A DNA stretch of 64,000 nucleotides from Candidatus Entotheonellaceae bacterium. Lineage in GTDB: Bacteria > Tectomicrobia > Entotheonellia > Entotheonellales > Entotheonellaceae. A model generated the notes under the pieces. It was not told where the DNA came from, searched no databases, and saw nothing but the letters and a program-made list of their open reading frames with translations. The position numbers and the translations under genes are program-made. The stretch lies in contig OZ250173.1 in assembly GCA_965238075.1 (NCBI GenBank), positions 2,816,001 through 2,880,000 on the forward strand, given 5' to 3'. Below, piece by piece: positions 63,027-64,000 of this stretch (position 1 is the first letter of the stretch; every line of letters begins with the position of its first letter).

Positions 63027-63722
63027 TTAGAACGCCAAGTAGCGTTGGAGGTCCGCGTCCGACATGTCTTCGAGCTTACCTTCCAGGACGATGCTGCCTT
63101 GCTCCATGACAAAGACGTGGTCAGCGAGGCGGCTGGCGAACTCGACGTATTGTTCGACGAGCAGGATAGCCATATTGCCAGCTTCTTTCAGGCGCTGGAT
63201 GATGGCTTCGATCTCCAGGATGATGGAGGGCTGGATGCCCTCGGTGGGCTCGTCGAGGAGGAGGAGTTGGGGGCGAGTGACGAGGGCGCGGGCGATGGCC
63301 AATTGCTGTTGCTGGCCGCCGCTGAGGTAGCCGCCCTTGCGGTGCAGCATGGTTTGCAGGCCGGGGAAAAGCTCGAAGATGTCGTCCGGGATGGTGGCAG
63401 AGGGCAGGCCCTGAGCGATGAGGCCGATGCGGAGATTTTCGAGGACGGTCATGTCAGGGAAGATTTCGCGGCCCTGCGGCACATAGCCGATGCCCTGCCG
63501 GGCGCGGCGGTCGGAAGACAGCGCGGTGAGCGGTTTGTCCCGGAACGTGATGGCGCCGGTGCGGGGCTTCAGGAGCCCCATGACGCTCTTCAGCAGCGTC
63601 GTTTTGCCGACGCCGTTGCGTCCCATGAGGCAGACGACCTGACCGGCCGGAACGTGCAGGCCGACGTCCCAGAGGACCTGACTTTCGCCGTAACTCACAC
63701 ACAGGCCGTGGATGGTAAGCAT
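63027..63722 (-). CDS. urtE: Urea ABC transporter ATP-binding subunit
   Basis: GRNGVGKT, YVPQGREIF, LSGGQQQQLAIARAL, DEPTEGIQPSI. Confidence 0.9.
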   Translation of the reverse strand: MLTIHGLCVSYGESQVLWDVGLHVPAGQVVCLMGRNGVGKTTLLKSVMGLLKPRTGAITFRDKPLTALSSDRRARQGIGYVPQGREIFPDMTVLENLRIGLIAQGLPSATIPDDIFELFPGLQTMLHRKGGYLSGGQQQQLAIARALVTRPQLLLLDEPTEGIQPSIILEIEAIIQRLKEAGNMAILLVEQYVEFASRLADHVFVMEQGSIVLEGKLEDMSDADLQRYLAF

Positions 63723-63728
63723 CGCCGG

Positions 63729-64000
63729 CTAACCCCTTCCCAGGTAGACTTCGACCACCCGGGGGTCGCTTTGCACGTGCGCCACCGAGCCCTCGCAGAG
63801 AATCCGTCCTTCGTGCAGAACCGTTACCCGGTGGGCCGTCTGGCGCACGAATTCCATGTCGTGCTCAACCACCAGCACGGCGTGAGTCTTGGCAAGGTCC
63901 TGCAGAATCTCTCCGGTCTTCTCGCGTTCTTCCCTGGTCATACCGGCAACCGGCTCGTCCAGCAGAAAAAGTGCCGGCTCTTGCACCATGACCATGCCGA
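63729..64000 (-). CDS. urtD: Urea ABC transporter ATP-binding subunit, C-terminal part
   Basis: LLDEPVAGMT, VVEHDMEFV, VTVLHEG, VVEVYLGR. Confidence 0.85.
   Translation of the reverse strand, partial: GMVMVQEPALFLLDEPVAGMTREEREKTGEILQDLAKTHAVLVVEHDMEFVRQTAHRVTVLHEGRILCEGSVAHVQSDPRVVEVYLGRG

Overview
GC-rich (roughly 65%) bacterial chromosomal region. The gene content (many enoyl-CoA hydratases, an F420-dependent LLM oxidoreductase, CofG/CofH, a CoA-transferase, urease and urea uptake) resembles a metabolically versatile heterotroph such as Tectomicrobia/'Entotheonella'; this taxonomy is inference only. From left to right: redox/CoA enzymes; a minus-strand cluster of a PQQ alcohol dehydrogenase with the lanthanide-type D-x-D motif, a XoxJ/MxaJ-like binding protein, an LLM oxidoreductase and a haloalkane dehalogenase, divergent from a secreted cyclase-family hydrolase; tolC-like, uvrA, truA; an 11-gene Mrp-type Na+/H+ antiporter operon; a CoA-transferase, MFS, SDR and RND pair; a gluconate-2-dehydrogenase-like pair; cofG-cofH-dapA-argH; an M20 peptidase; fabF-MoxR-VWA; a urease operon with an embedded ammonium transporter; and a lower-GC accessory island (53.2-62.9 kb) with toxin-antitoxin genes and wrecks, an IS1595 remnant, an intact AbiGi-like gene and a broken type IIG restriction-modification gene; then urtDE. 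The best novelty candidates are a four-way-junction RNA in the 5' leader of the putative lanthanide dehydrogenase, the AbiGi-like gene next to the RM gene, a zinc-ribbon-ArgH fusion, and a G11 tract at the amt ribosome-binding site. All calls come from motif recognition by eye; no searches or folding programs were run.
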